64,000 nucleotides of DNA from Tubulanus polymorphus (taxonomy: Eukaryota > Animalia > Nemertea): assembly GCF_964204645.1 (NCBI RefSeq), contig NC_134026.1, positions 19,718,467 to 19,782,466 on the forward strand, given 5' to 3'. Shown here piece after piece: positions 24,686 to 35,285 of the stretch (within the stretch, counting starts at the first letter, position 1; every line of letters starts with the position of its first letter). The notes under the pieces are model-generated. The model was not told where the DNA came from and searched no databases. It saw only the letters and a list, made by a program, of their open reading frames with translations. The position numbers and the translations under genes are program-made.

Positions 24686-26836
24686 CCAGGGAAGTGTGAT
24701 GAGATGGAATACGGACGCTATTGTGCAGCTCTTGTCGAATGTGCGTTGTAATTGCCCTAAAGCCGATAACGGTTCGTCGGCGAGCGCTTTGTTACGTAAT
24801 GCGCCGATAAGCGATAACCAGCGAGATCGGGAATCTCCGTAATAATTCAGTTGTTTCCGAATATCGGTTTTTCATCCCATAATAAACTTATATAAAAATT
24901 CCTCTGTAAACTGGTTAAACTCAACACCTGATTTCCCCTCATCAATTTTAGTCGATCAACTTGTATTCACAATTGTCTTAAATTTAAGTGCCCCCTAGTT
25001 TGTCTCTTAACTGCTTCTCTTTAATCTGTTTTAGCGTGTTACTGTTTCTACGTTAATTTTCCTTTAGTTAGTATCATCTCTGATTACTTGAATTAGTCTC
25101 TTTGTCTCTGGATTGTATATATCTCTCATAATTTCTGTAGTATTCATTATTTCTGAATATGACTATTAGGACATAGACGAAACGTTGAATAAACTACTAA
25201 CATTTTTGGACTTTTTCGTTATCATTGTGGGATTCTCTCTACATCGCTTCAGACGGATATAGGGTTTTATCAATCGTGATATCGGTTCTTTCCGCTGTAT
25301 TAAAATGGCAACGGTTGTCAACGAAATTATAAATGATGACGATTTTGATGATCTATTCTTTGATAGTGACGAATTGGTTCAGATCGATACGGAAATATTA
25401 CGGGAATCCTCTGGATCAGGATCAACTAATTCGGCCGATTCTAGTGAGTGTTATTCCTTTTGAATCAATGAAATATCGGAATAGTTTCCACCTAATTGCA
25501 GGCACTTTATTCTTTCCTTTTCTTTTTCATATAGGTACTTCTCAGGCTCAGCTGAGACTGCGATCTGAACACGAGAAAACACACATACAGGTATTTTTTA
25601 CATTTATTTTTATAATCAATACAATCCTTTTAGGTTATAAAATAATAAACGAATACAGAAAATAATATATAAACATAATATAAAAAATCCAGATAAGTAC
25701 ACGTTAAAATAATAATCATTATTATTATTTTCGCAGGAACACTATATATTTGGAAAAGGCTATGACTGAAGTGATTAACCATCGAGTATTTAAATTCAGT
25801 TCAAATGGAATGGCAGCAGTACATTATGGAAAATCGATCGATAAAATTTTGACTACAAATACGTCGCCGTCCAGACTTGGAATTAACCAGTGGTTTACAT
25901 GTCCATTGTTTTAATTTGATAGTCACAGGGACAGTTTTTTTAACGTTTTTGTTCTTACGCCATTTTTGTAATTTGACACGACACATATTACAGATATATA
26001 TCGGGTACTGTTCAGTATCATCATCAAAATCAATGTTGAACAACTCCTTCACATGGCTTTTGAAATTATTTTTATCGATAGGACGACGATCCGGAGGTTT
26101 CGCATTTTTTCCACACAATCGACAAAGATCCATGACTAAAAACAAGAAAAGGTTAATTAAATGAGATTGCTGATGCTATTTAGGCAACTTGGTTTATATG
26201 GGGGACAATAATTTGTAGGCCTAATGTAAGCGTTATCAAGTAACATTATTATGTAGTAAATACACATTTTAAAGATCATACTTCGTGTATATGTTTGTGT
26301 CGTAACATAGCAACATGACGTCAGAAACGAAAGCTGCGCGAGTCTGGGCCGAAATATTTGACATCTTCAAGGCCCAAATAACGCTAACCCGGAATCGGAA
26401 CGAACTGGCAAAAACATATGTTTAACACATAAAAACAGACTTTAATCACAATATAAATACTTAATGTTCCGATACCGGGTTTCGGAGATATAGAAGAATA
26501 AAAATACATACCTTTTTGGACAAATTTTACGAGAAATTGTTGAATTTCAACCGATTTTCTAAAGAAAAATATGTGTATACACAGCCACTTCCACGTTGTT
26601 CAATGAACTGCAGTGCGCATGCGTAGTATCGATCGCAGAACATTTATCGGGCTAAAACTATTGCGGGTTGTTCTGCGACCGAATCAAAGTTGATGTTGAC
26701 TGGTGTTCAGCTGGTAACACACACTCGATAAGCGTAGCTTACTGCTGTTGCGTTAACCTTTGATGTACGGGCTGAATTGAATAGCCTACATCTGGCAATT
26801 AAAAGCGTCCGTATTCCATCTCATCACACTTCCCTG
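24686..26836. mobile_element. DNA transposon (2151 bp) with perfect 33-bp TIRs CAGGGAAGTGTGATGAGATGGAATACGGACGCT and a 7-bp TSD CATAAAC (24679-24685 / 26837-26843). It is nested in intron 2 of the ERI3-like gene.
   Basis: The left end 24686-24718 equals the reverse complement of 26804-26836. Identical CATAAAC heptamers abut both ends. CAGGG termini are hAT-like. A 7/8-bp TSD is compatible with the P or hAT superfamilies. Confidence 0.65.
25801..26145 (-). CDS. ORF inside the TIR transposon, encoding a C4 treble-clef zinc-binding module (MDLCRLCG…x40…YICNMCRVKL). Possibly a transposon DNA-binding domain.
   Basis: 114-aa ORF. The Cys pairs are spaced C-x2-C…(40)…C-x2-C, resembling ZAD/THAP-like N-terminal zinc modules. 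No catalytic transposase domain was found, so the element is probably non-autonomous. Confidence 0.35.
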   Translation of the reverse strand: MFLVMDLCRLCGKNAKPPDRRPIDKNNFKSHVKELFNIDFDDDTEQYPIYICNMCRVKLQKWRKNKNVKKTVPVTIKLKQWTCKPLVNSKSGRRRICSQNFIDRFSIMYCCHSI

Positions 26837-27364
26837 CATAAACTAAGCGTCCAATGACACCATGCTTATCACTTGGTAAAATGCCGTTAATCAATGACTT
26901 TGATACTCATTACAATCAAAATTATATAGCTCTCAGAATTCAAGCCAAAAATTATCTTTTTGGGCACAAAAAAATGTTACAGGACGGCCATCTCGTGTCC
27001 GCCCGACCCAATTTCTCATAATGATAGGCCTTAAATCTAAAAGTTTCCCTTGAAAACCTCAAAAATGTCAAAAAATGGCTAACAACAATGGCTACCAGTC
27101 AGCCATCTTGACTTTGAGCGGGACAGTTTTTTGGCCGCAGATGTGTCTAGGGTAGACATGTACAAACCAAATAATCCATATCTGATTCTTCAAAACTTTC
27201 AAAAATAACTGGATATGTTGAATGGATGCACAGACCGATAGACAATAGAAAGTGAATGCAATAGCCTGCTTGCTGGGTCTGCCACCATGTAGTCTAACCC
27301 TTGTCTGGTAAATTCAGAATACCCAGTCACCTTTAGTGACTTGTATTCTGCATGTTTTACATAC

Positions 27365-27481
27365 CTCAATACAGAAATCTGTCAGTTGTTTGTTGATTTT
27401 CGGCTGTACATACCGATGAAATTCAGCTTCAACCTCGAATGTTTTTCCATTTACTTTCAATACCGGAAACTCAATAATTTC
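27365..27481 (-). CDS. ERI3: ERI3-like exonuclease coding exon 2
   Basis: Encodes EIIEFPVLKVNGKTFEVEAEFHRYVQPKINKQLTDFCIE (ERI3: EIIEFPILKLNGRTMEIESTFHMYVQPVVHPQLTPFCTE). Acceptor ttcctag, donor GTATGT. Confidence 0.9.
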
Positions 27482-27551
27482 CTAGAAAATATGATAATAT
27501 GCTGAAATGAGTGGGCCAATAAGAATAAGATGCTGAAAAATACATAATATA

Positions 27552-27650
27552 CAGGGCCTGGTTTTATAGACTGGTATTACCTTTAACCCGGGGGCTAACT
27601 AAACTCATTTTCAATTGAGTTACTCCCCGGGTTTAAGGTAATACCAGGCT
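27552..27650. mobile_element. MITE family B copy (right end truncated)
   Basis: CAGGGCCTGGTTTTATAGACTGGTATTACCTTTAACCCGGGGGCTAACTAAA…GGGTTTAAGGTAATACCAGG. Confidence 0.7.
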
Positions 27651-27823
27651 TGGCTCTGAAAGTTGACACTCACTTGTACTAATGCTGCATCACTTAAGAT
27701 TTACCACATGGGTTATTAGCGTATCACAACTTTGAAGTTAAAATAACTTCATTTCACTTAGGCTAGCCCATCCAAAAAACCAACGATTAGAAGGTCACTG
27801 AATGAGCCTATCGGTAAACCTAC

Positions 27824-27961
27824 CTGAGGACGTAACCGAATGTTCCTCTCACACGTCGCCTCGAAGTCGAGGACCAAGTAATGCTCGAATGGTTGTGGCT
27901 TGATGACTGGCGCAGGTGGCGCGGCCGGGCCCCTGGCTCGATTCTTTCCGCGCTTCATCAT
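27824..27961 (-). CDS. ERI3: ERI3-like exonuclease first coding exon (DEDDh motif I). The start codon is provisional: the open frame extends upstream to 28114.
   Basis: Encodes MMKRGKNRARGPAAPPAPVIKPQPFEHYLVLDFEATCERNIRLRPQ. YLVLDFEATC is the Exo-I motif of ERI1/ERI3/3'hExo. Donor GTAGGT. Lies in a GC-rich 5' region. Confidence 0.8.
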
Positions 27962-29140
27962 GGCTCTTCTTCGTATCTCGTATAAATTCGAAACGCTGTT
28001 GTACGACGTCGAAGATTTTGAACCGTATCGAGCGATTCCAATTGCGAAAACGGTGGCAGGACTGTTGTTGTTCCAGTGTATCGCCCGATTTAATAAACGA
28101 GTCACGACTGACATATCTCGATAACCTGTTTACAGTCAGTCACACTCACAACGTCTCAACAACAGACTCAGCAGCAGGGAAGAAGGGCAGTCCGAATTTG
28201 ACGAATTGAATTTGTTGGTCTTGGAGGTTAAATGCAGTCAATATGGCGCGATGAATATAAATTCAAGCTAAAGTTGATTAAGCTATTTCGCAAGAGCATG
28301 ACAAATTTTCACAATTTGAATTGTGCCGACTGAATGACATGTGCGCCAGTTAATATTGCGAGATCGTGATGTTTATTTTTTTAATTTCCGGGTTGTTTAT
28401 TTACTTCCGGGTTAGAGGTCTAAAATGAATATTCTCCACTCTAATTAAGTTAAAAACGATATAATAGAAACTGCGCTCTTCATTTGTCGAATTTATTTTC
28501 TTAATCTTCAGCTTGTGCTTATCGTACTAATTGATTTGGTGTCGTCATGATTAAGAAAATCTGGAAAATGCATATTTTTACGAGACTAACGATGAGCTCA
28601 TCCAAGATGGCCGCCGATCTAAATCTGAAAGTTGTTTTTCCACTTCAAAAACAACAGTTTTAACGCCTTAGAACTAGGTACGCTGCCTTAAATACCCCAG
28701 ATTTTACCTCATCCGTTTGTACCTTTTTATCATGTTTACTATATGGGATTAATTTGATTTAAAACCGACTGGTATTCAGTTAATTTCCTCAACTCTCTTT
28801 TAAGTCAAACTGATGACAGTGACTGACAGACCTTGGCTTATCATCAGACCAGGCAGAGAACTGACTCTGCTCGACTGACTGAGACTGTTGTTCTCTCGTT
28901 TGTTGTTCCTTGTTTCATATGTCTTAACATGTAAATAGATGAGATCTAGGCCTAAATGATTGACTTGATAGCCATTAGTTTAATTTCACCATAAATTTGA
29001 AATTTTTTATATGGAGGCAAGCATTTTAAAACATAACATTAAAGAAGTGGTTATTTAGCTGGATCCGGTTACCGACTTATAAAAGATATTTTGCTGGATC
29101 CATATATTATGTAACAATAAAATCATTGTATTGGGTTTAG

Positions 29141-29250
29141 GGTTAGGGTTTGGGTTTTGATAGGGTTAGTGTCAAGAGGATGAGAAGAGGGTCCAGAGGG
29201 TTCCGTTTCATAACTAGGGATAGGGTTAGGGTTAGGTGGGGCTATATGTA
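29141..29250. repeat. Interstitial telomeric-repeat block (TTAGGG)n, degenerate
   Basis: …gggtttagggttagggtttgggtt…tagggttagt…tagggatagggttagggttaggtgggg… Located between the divergent ERI3-like and SARA-like genes. Confidence 0.8.
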
Positions 29251-29718
29251 GTTAAAACATCTGCTCGGTAGTCGAGTTGGAAGATGCTGGGCTAGTAATT
29301 TACTGGCCCGGGTTTGAGTCTCGCTATTTTCTCTTACTCTGTTCTCCAAACATCCGTCGAATTTTCTAAGTCGCGCACCTCTCTGCACACGCGTGGAGTA
29401 AATCAGCCAATTAGAGATGATATCCGGCAAAATATCGTTCAGAAGTCAGTAGATGGCAAAATAACCACTTCCTAATATAAATGTCTATTTATTTTTATCT
29501 GACATCAATCTTTTTGGGATAGGCCTATTTCTTTTAACTTTTGAACTTAAACTTTTGAATACATACCTCAATTTGGTCTTAATAAATAGGACAGACGAAA
29601 ATAGATAGACTATAATCTATATACGAGATATTGTCAATTGAGCTGATATACTGAAATTGAATAGCCCTATTATCTTATTTTTCTTGCAGTAAAAAAAAAA
29701 CACTGAAATAGTGGAAAC

Positions 29719-29770
29719 ATGGAGAAGTTTACGGTTGACTTGGATAAAGTGTTGGATGATTTTGAAGATG
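29719..29770 (+). CDS. ZFYVE9: SARA/endofin-like (ZFYVE9/16) first coding exon
   Basis: ATG in a reasonable context. Encodes MEKFTVDLDKVLDDFED(+g). LDKVLDxFE matches the remembered extreme N-terminus of vertebrate SARA (…NLDKVLDEFEQNED…). Donor GTAAGA at 29771, phase 1. A preceding cttgcag acceptor at 29683-29689 suggests an upstream 5'UTR exon. Confidence 0.7.
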
Positions 29771-30208
29771 GTAAGACAGGAGTATTATATCCAAAGACAG
29801 GGTTTAAGGAAAGATCCACACCTCTTGTAGCCTAATCGATGTAATCTATTGAATTTGATTTCTTTGTCTAGGACTCGGAATGTCTCCAGCGGTGCATCAA
29901 TCCACTAGAAAGTGTCGGGATTGTGAAAATTTTTATCTTTCTCAAATTGATTGGCTCACAAAGTTCATTTCAGTGAATATTTGTGATGAGTCTGCATTTT
30001 AGAATTACATAATCCAATGTCATATGATCCCCCTGTTTCAATATCTCATCAAACATCAATTTTCTCATTGATAAATCCATTATCAGAAATCTATGGCCTA
30101 CTGAATAAGAAAGTCAATATTATTTTTTGTATCAATTGAATAACCAATTAGTGGTTATTTTTTGGATTTGGAAGCCTTAACCCTTTCAAGGTTATCCTTA
30201 TAAGTGCT

Positions 30209-30320
30209 GGGCCCAGTTTCACAAAAAGGTTTAACTCTTAAATCGATTTTTTAATTTCTTCATGAATTCAGTTTATCTTAAATCGATTAAGGCCTTAATC
30301 CTTTTCGTGAAACTGGGCCC
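30209..30320. mobile_element. MITE family A (~112 bp, perfect 21-bp TIR GGGCCCAGTTTCACAAAAAGG). It is inserted inside a family-H hairpin repeat, forming a composite element.
   Basis: The TIR is read directly. A second copy at 40731-40810 sits at the identical position of another H copy (both after AGTGCTGG). The H copy at 37925 lacks the insertion. Confidence 0.75.
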
Positions 30321-30565
30321 CGGAGATAATTTGATGACAATTTAAAAAATTCCATCAATACTGATTTATTGCATCTACACTACGGTGCAATGTATTGTTA
30401 GTTATTAATATTTCAGTTATTAATATTTCACTTTGTTTGACAGGTGCTGCCGTCTTTCAATAAAGAATAAAACTAATTATAGGCCTACACCGCGATGCAA
30501 TGTCCTAGTAAAGTCAAACCAATTTATACACTGCAGTGTAGATGCACTGAAAGGGTTAAAATGAA
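30321..30565 (+). repeat. Family-H hairpin repeat copy
   Basis: See 13565-13795. Ends gcatctacactacggtgcaatg / ctgcagtgtagatgcactgaaagggttaaa. Confidence 0.7.
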
Positions 30566-30684
30566 GTGTGCCAGTACCTAATAGTGTCTCCAGTAAACTG
30601 TTTGCCTAAAACAATTCTTTTAGAAATTCCTAACTTCGAAAAGCAGTTGATTTAAAGAATGATTAACGATACGATTACTTATAG

Positions 30685-32694
30685 CTGAGGAAGAAAACAG
30701 AATTCACACCATCTCGATGGCAGACTCTGAAAATGCAAATCCATCAAATAATATTGTACCAGTACTCAATAATAATAACCTGCAGCAGCGGCAACAGGAT
30801 TTAGGCGTTGTCCGTTGCAGAAACAATTTGAACGAATGCGTCAATATAGAAGACGGTGCAGCTGAATCAAACCAAAATTCGGATGAAACGACGCACGACG
30901 AGACAAAGGAATCAACGAATAATAATTTCCAACAGATATCGACTGCGGAAACTGCGAACGATAATGCCTCGCTATCTTCTGACGACGGTTACAAGATACA
31001 AAATAATCACGCGATGGACGTCACGGACTACGCTAATTTCGTAAACGCGTTTCGATTCGAAAACGGTTCACCTGCGGGTGGTGGCGACGGTTCGGAGCGC
31101 GAGAAAGCCGACGCAGCCGTCGACCAAGCTCCGACGAATAAGATCGAAGCGGCGATTGGTATCGAAACCGAAGATCGGAACGATGATTTGCGTCCACTGA
31201 GCGATGCATCAGGCAAAATATCAAAAAATGAAATTAACGTTAACGCCGGCGCTTCGCCCGATCTTAGTTTAATCGAAACAATGGCGAGCATGTCCGTCGA
31301 GCTTGACCCGAAAAACGTCGCCTCTTCGGACGGCGCGCAGCGTGATGAAACTACCGAAGTAGCCGACGAGTGGGGTATGAATGATGTCGATAACGCTCAA
31401 TTGAATATAGATGGCGCAAGTACCGCGAATAAATCGGATAATATTCGCGACGATACGGAACGGTTAACCGATGTTAAAACGGAACCGCCGGTTTCAGCAG
31501 TGGCGTTCGACGGCACGGCTATCGCCACTGCCGAGGAGACATCGGTGAAAAAGAACATGGCCGAATTCAACGCAAACAACGTCGCAGCCGTAGGCTTCAT
31601 CAATACGAGTGACGTAGGCGTCGATGACGCCGAAATGGACGCGTATTTATCAGATTTGATGATTCCCGATAACGTTCCGTCTGCCCCACCCGCAACCGAG
31701 CACGCGACGACATCGCTCGCCAAGGAGATAACGAACACCGCGGAAGAACCGACCTCGGAGACTCGGTCACGACTAGTTGCTGAAAACGCCGCAGATGAGT
31801 CCGTCGATGCAGTCGCCTCTGAGGACATCAAATCAACGGAGGGTAACATTGGGAATCGCGGCGTCGACTCTCGTTTACCGCTGCAATCACCGTGCCCGTA
31901 TTCGTATCCGATCACTACTCCGATTGAGAGTCCGCCGCGACTCGCCTCACCGCAGAATAATTCGTCGGAAAAAGTGGAGTATCTCGACAGTAAAATCGAC
32001 CGAGCGGACGTTACGACTGCGACTTTTTCGCGATCGGATGATGACGCGTTCTTTCGAGGCGATCCTCGAAAAATCAACGAACTCGTCGACGTGATACGTA
32101 GCGATTCTCGAGAAGTACCGACCTGCATTCGGCCTAAAACGGCCGTTACCACAGTGACAGCCGCGACGCCCGTGCCGGCTGTATCATCGGTCGCAGCGGT
32201 GCGGATACCGCGGCCTAATAGTCTGCTTGGATTATCGAAACCGATTTTACCGAACGAAATGTCGTGTTTCGTGGAGAAGCGCGACAAAGACGGGGATGCA
32301 GCGTCCGGGGTTCGCGAAGATGTCGCGGACAGCTCGAGAACCGTCGTCTGCGTCAGAGATATTGACGATGATTCTATGCAGCCGGCACCGTCGTCGTTGT
32401 CCCCGTTGCGACCCCCCGGGTTAAGCCGGCCGGCCGCGCGGCCGAATTCGTTTCCGATGCCGTCGCCGACGAACAACAAACTAAAACGTCCGACGAGTTT
32501 GAATTTGATGCCGCGTGACTTCAATAGCGTTTCGGCGGCTTCCGGGAACGACGACGAATCGGGTGGCGCCGATTTATCTTCGGATCTATCTAATGATCAA
32601 ACTACTCCCCCGTCATCGCAACAATTACAGCAGCAGCAGCAGCAATCTGAATCGACCCCGGACGTAGAACCAACTCCTGATATCGATGTCATGG
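30685..32694 (+). CDS. ZFYVE9: SARA-like exon 2: a 2-kb exon encoding ~670 aa of Ser/Asp/Glu/Asn/Ala-rich, low-complexity, probably disordered sequence ending in a polyQ
   Basis: Acceptor ttacttatag at 30684 is phase-compatible with exon 1. The 661-aa ORF 30717..32702 is open. Donor GTGAGT at 32695, phase 1. Vertebrate ZFYVE9 likewise has a giant poorly conserved 5' exon. Confidence 0.85.
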
Positions 32695-33262
32695 GTGAGT
32701 AATGTATGAGTTTGAATAAGCGATGGATGCTGACCTTATTCGATTTCAAGAAAGGCAGAGGGCAAGTGGAAGTCAACGCCGCATGAGGCAATAGAATAGC
32801 TCTTAAAATGCACCACGATATGCCCCATGAGTCCGGGGTAGTATAAAATCTGCAAGTTTTTGAATGTCAATTTGCCCTGAAATTTCACGGGAAAATGAAA
32901 AATATTAGACCAATACCTAAAAAGGTTTGGATTTATGATAGTCCTCTGTATTTCTGAAAATGAGACTATTTTCCCAATTAGTTTACTTTCTGGGTGCCCA
33001 TTTAATTGTATTTTGGGGGTTCCCCCTCCCTGAGTCAGATTCCACCCCTGCCTGTGCACCTGTTTGTGCATGCATTATTCGAGAAGGGACTTGACTTAAA
33101 TGGCAGATATGATCATACTTCAAATCAGGAATTTTGTAGGCCTAAAAATCAACCTCAACTTGGTTCGGACTTATATGGCAGTTATTAGGGTTAAAAAGTA
33201 GCAGTATCCCGGTAAAATTTTAATACGGTACGTTCTAAACCGAGTGTTACGAACATTTTCAG

Positions 33263-33474
33263 GTGTTACTACGAATACAGTTCCTCCGAATGTCGGCGGA
33301 CCGGGGACCAGTCCGACCGTTCCGAATCCGCCGAGTCGGATTCAGGGTATCGTCTCGCAGCTGGGTAAAGTGGCGCCGATTTGGATTCCGGATTCGGAGG
33401 CGGCGTTTTGTATGATGTGCGACGCGCGGTTCACGTTCACTCGTAGGCGTCATCATTGCCGAGCGTGCGGAAAG
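33263..33474 (+). CDS. ZFYVE9: SARA-like exon 3 (FYVE finger, N-terminal half)
   Basis: …[39 protein letters not shown] carries the WxxD, R(R/K)HHCR and RxC FYVE signatures. Acceptor cattttcag, donor GTAAAT. Confidence 0.9.
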
Positions 33475-33856
33475 GTAAATACCATCGGACAAAATATATG
33501 TTAGGGCGTGTAATCTATTTTCTTGCTAGTCGAATACTTGCAACCATGCTAGAGAAAAGCAAAGTTAACCCCTTGGTTTTTGAGCCCAGATGCCAAGCTG
33601 TAACAAAAATTGCCACGTTAATTAACCCCTCGTTATTAACCCCGGATGCCAAGCTATAACAAAAATTGCCATGATCGTCGAATTTTGGATAGTTTTTGAA
33701 AGTTGGCTGGCTGGCTATTGAAGGTTTTGGGGGTGTCTTTACGTCTGTGTCAAGTGAAAATCATGTGAAATAACATGTAATTGAAATCCTGGGAAAATGG
33801 AAACCGGAAACGATAGAAAACTTTGGGTTGAAAGTTTGTTGTTCTATTTTTTGTAG

Positions 33857-33959
33857 GTATTCTGCTCATCATGTTGTAGCATGAAAATCAAGTTGCCGTA
33901 CTTGGACAATAAGGAAAACCGCGTGTGTCAGATGTGTCACCAGTCATTAACGCGATCAG
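33857..33959 (+). CDS. ZFYVE9: SARA-like exon 4 (FYVE finger, C-terminal half)
   Basis: Encodes VFCSSCCSMKIKLPYLDNKENRVCQMCHQSLTRS. Acceptor ttttttgtag. Weak donor AG|GTTCGT at 33960. If that donor is not used, the frame hits a TGA stop 33 nt later (33992-33994). Confidence 0.75.
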
Positions 33960-34559
33960 GTTCGTTGAATCACGTCCTCGATTATTGTAGTTGAAACCCT
34001 TCCAGCAACGAAGCTATTACGCCTTATATAGAGGTCTTGCATGAGACATCATAGGTTGTTTGCCAACCAGTGCTGGATATTTGACAAACATGAAACCATA
34101 CGATAATCAGGGGATTCGCGAACTTTCGTCTCGTAAATCGCTTATTGCGTTTGCCGCCTGATAATGGCGCCGGTGACGGCGAAAAAGCACATGGCTGCAA
34201 GACCTCTATAATGTTGCGTGTAACTTCACAGTGCTGTGTATAACGTATGTACTGCTTTATTGCGTGTAACCCGTGCTGCGGTGTATCGTTATTTCCTAAG
34301 ACTTCACAATCTTTGAACGACAGTGCTGTGGTCTTTTGATGAACTTGTTTGATATACTTATAGAAATCATCGGTACTGTTGGGAAGACGCAGTATATGGT
34401 GTGTACGTTATGCCCCGCACTGCAGGATGCAGGGGCCTGTTGCTCGAAAGTTAGAGTTTACCGGTGAATAGTTGACATAGTGATAATCAAAACTTCATTG
34501 TTACTGTTGTATTTATCCACCGGTTACCAACCTCTGAGCAATTGGCTCCAGTTGAAGAT

Positions 34560-35285
34560 GACTATGGTGGCTGATAAGGGCCATAGCGTAAAATTCCTGG
34601 TATGTTAATGAGGGCGCCAGAACGCCAAAACGAAAAAAAAATGTCCAATTTTCTCTGAAAGTTTGTTTTGGCGCGCCAAAACAAAGAAATTTCAATTTTG
34701 GCACCCCCGCCAAAACAACGAAAAACGTCCAATTTTCTCTGAAAGTTCGTTTTGGCGCGCCAAAACGGAAAATATTCCATTTTATATAATAAATATTCCA
34801 TTCCAAAACGAACTTTCAACCACGTAAAATAATTGTATATATACGTAAAATAATTGTATATATGCAAATTTATGCAAATTACACACAAGATCAACGCGCC
34901 AAATTGAAAAATAATTTTTACTGTGGTTGAATGCTTGTTTAACCGCGCCAAGATGGAATTTTCATTGTTTTGGCGTGCCAAAACCAACTTTCAGAGAAAT
35001 TTCAACAGTTTTCGTTGTTTTGGCGGGAGCGCCAAAACATAAGTTCGTTTTGGCGGGGGGCGCCAAAACGTAAGTTCATTTTGGCGGGGGCGCCAAAACG
35101 AACTTTCAGAGAAAATTGGACGTTTTTCGTTGTTTTGGCGGGGGCGCCAAAACGGAATTTTCTTTGTTTTGGCGCGCCAAAACAAACTTTCAGAGAAAAT
35201 TGGACGTTTTTTTTCGTTTTGGCGTTCTGGCGCCCTCATTAACATACCAGGAATTTTACGCTATGGCTTTATCAGCCACCATAGA
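34560..35285. mobile_element. Foldback-type element. The two long inverted arms (34565-34800 and 34965-35280) are built from 50-56-bp subrepeats (…cgccaaaacgaactttcagagaaaattggacgtttttcgttgttttggcg…). A 160-bp AT-rich spacer separates them.
   Basis: The outermost ~50 bp form a near-perfect inverted repeat (ggctgataagggccatagcgtaaaattcctggtatgttaatgagggcgcc / ggcgccctcattaacataccaggaattttacgctatggctttatcagcc). The ORFs 34513-35245 on both strands are artefacts of the repeat. Confidence 0.7.

Noticed and set aside
25333-25665. 110-aa + strand ORF inside the TIR transposon
   Set aside because: It is AT-rich, has no motif, and is partly low-complexity (FPFLF…). The minus-strand zinc-finger ORF is the only one with recognisable structure.
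31397-32524. 375-aa ORF on the minus strand, plus several 60-110-aa ORFs on both strands inside 30717-32702
   Set aside because: They are antisense or out of frame within the low-complexity SARA-like exon 2. Compositional bias (GC-rich, few stops) explains them. The sense frame has clear homology continuity and splice context.
34513-35245. Four overlapping 84-141-aa ORFs on both strands
   Set aside because: They are generated by the subrepeat structure of the foldback element (repeated FWRAKTNFQRKL peptides), not genes.
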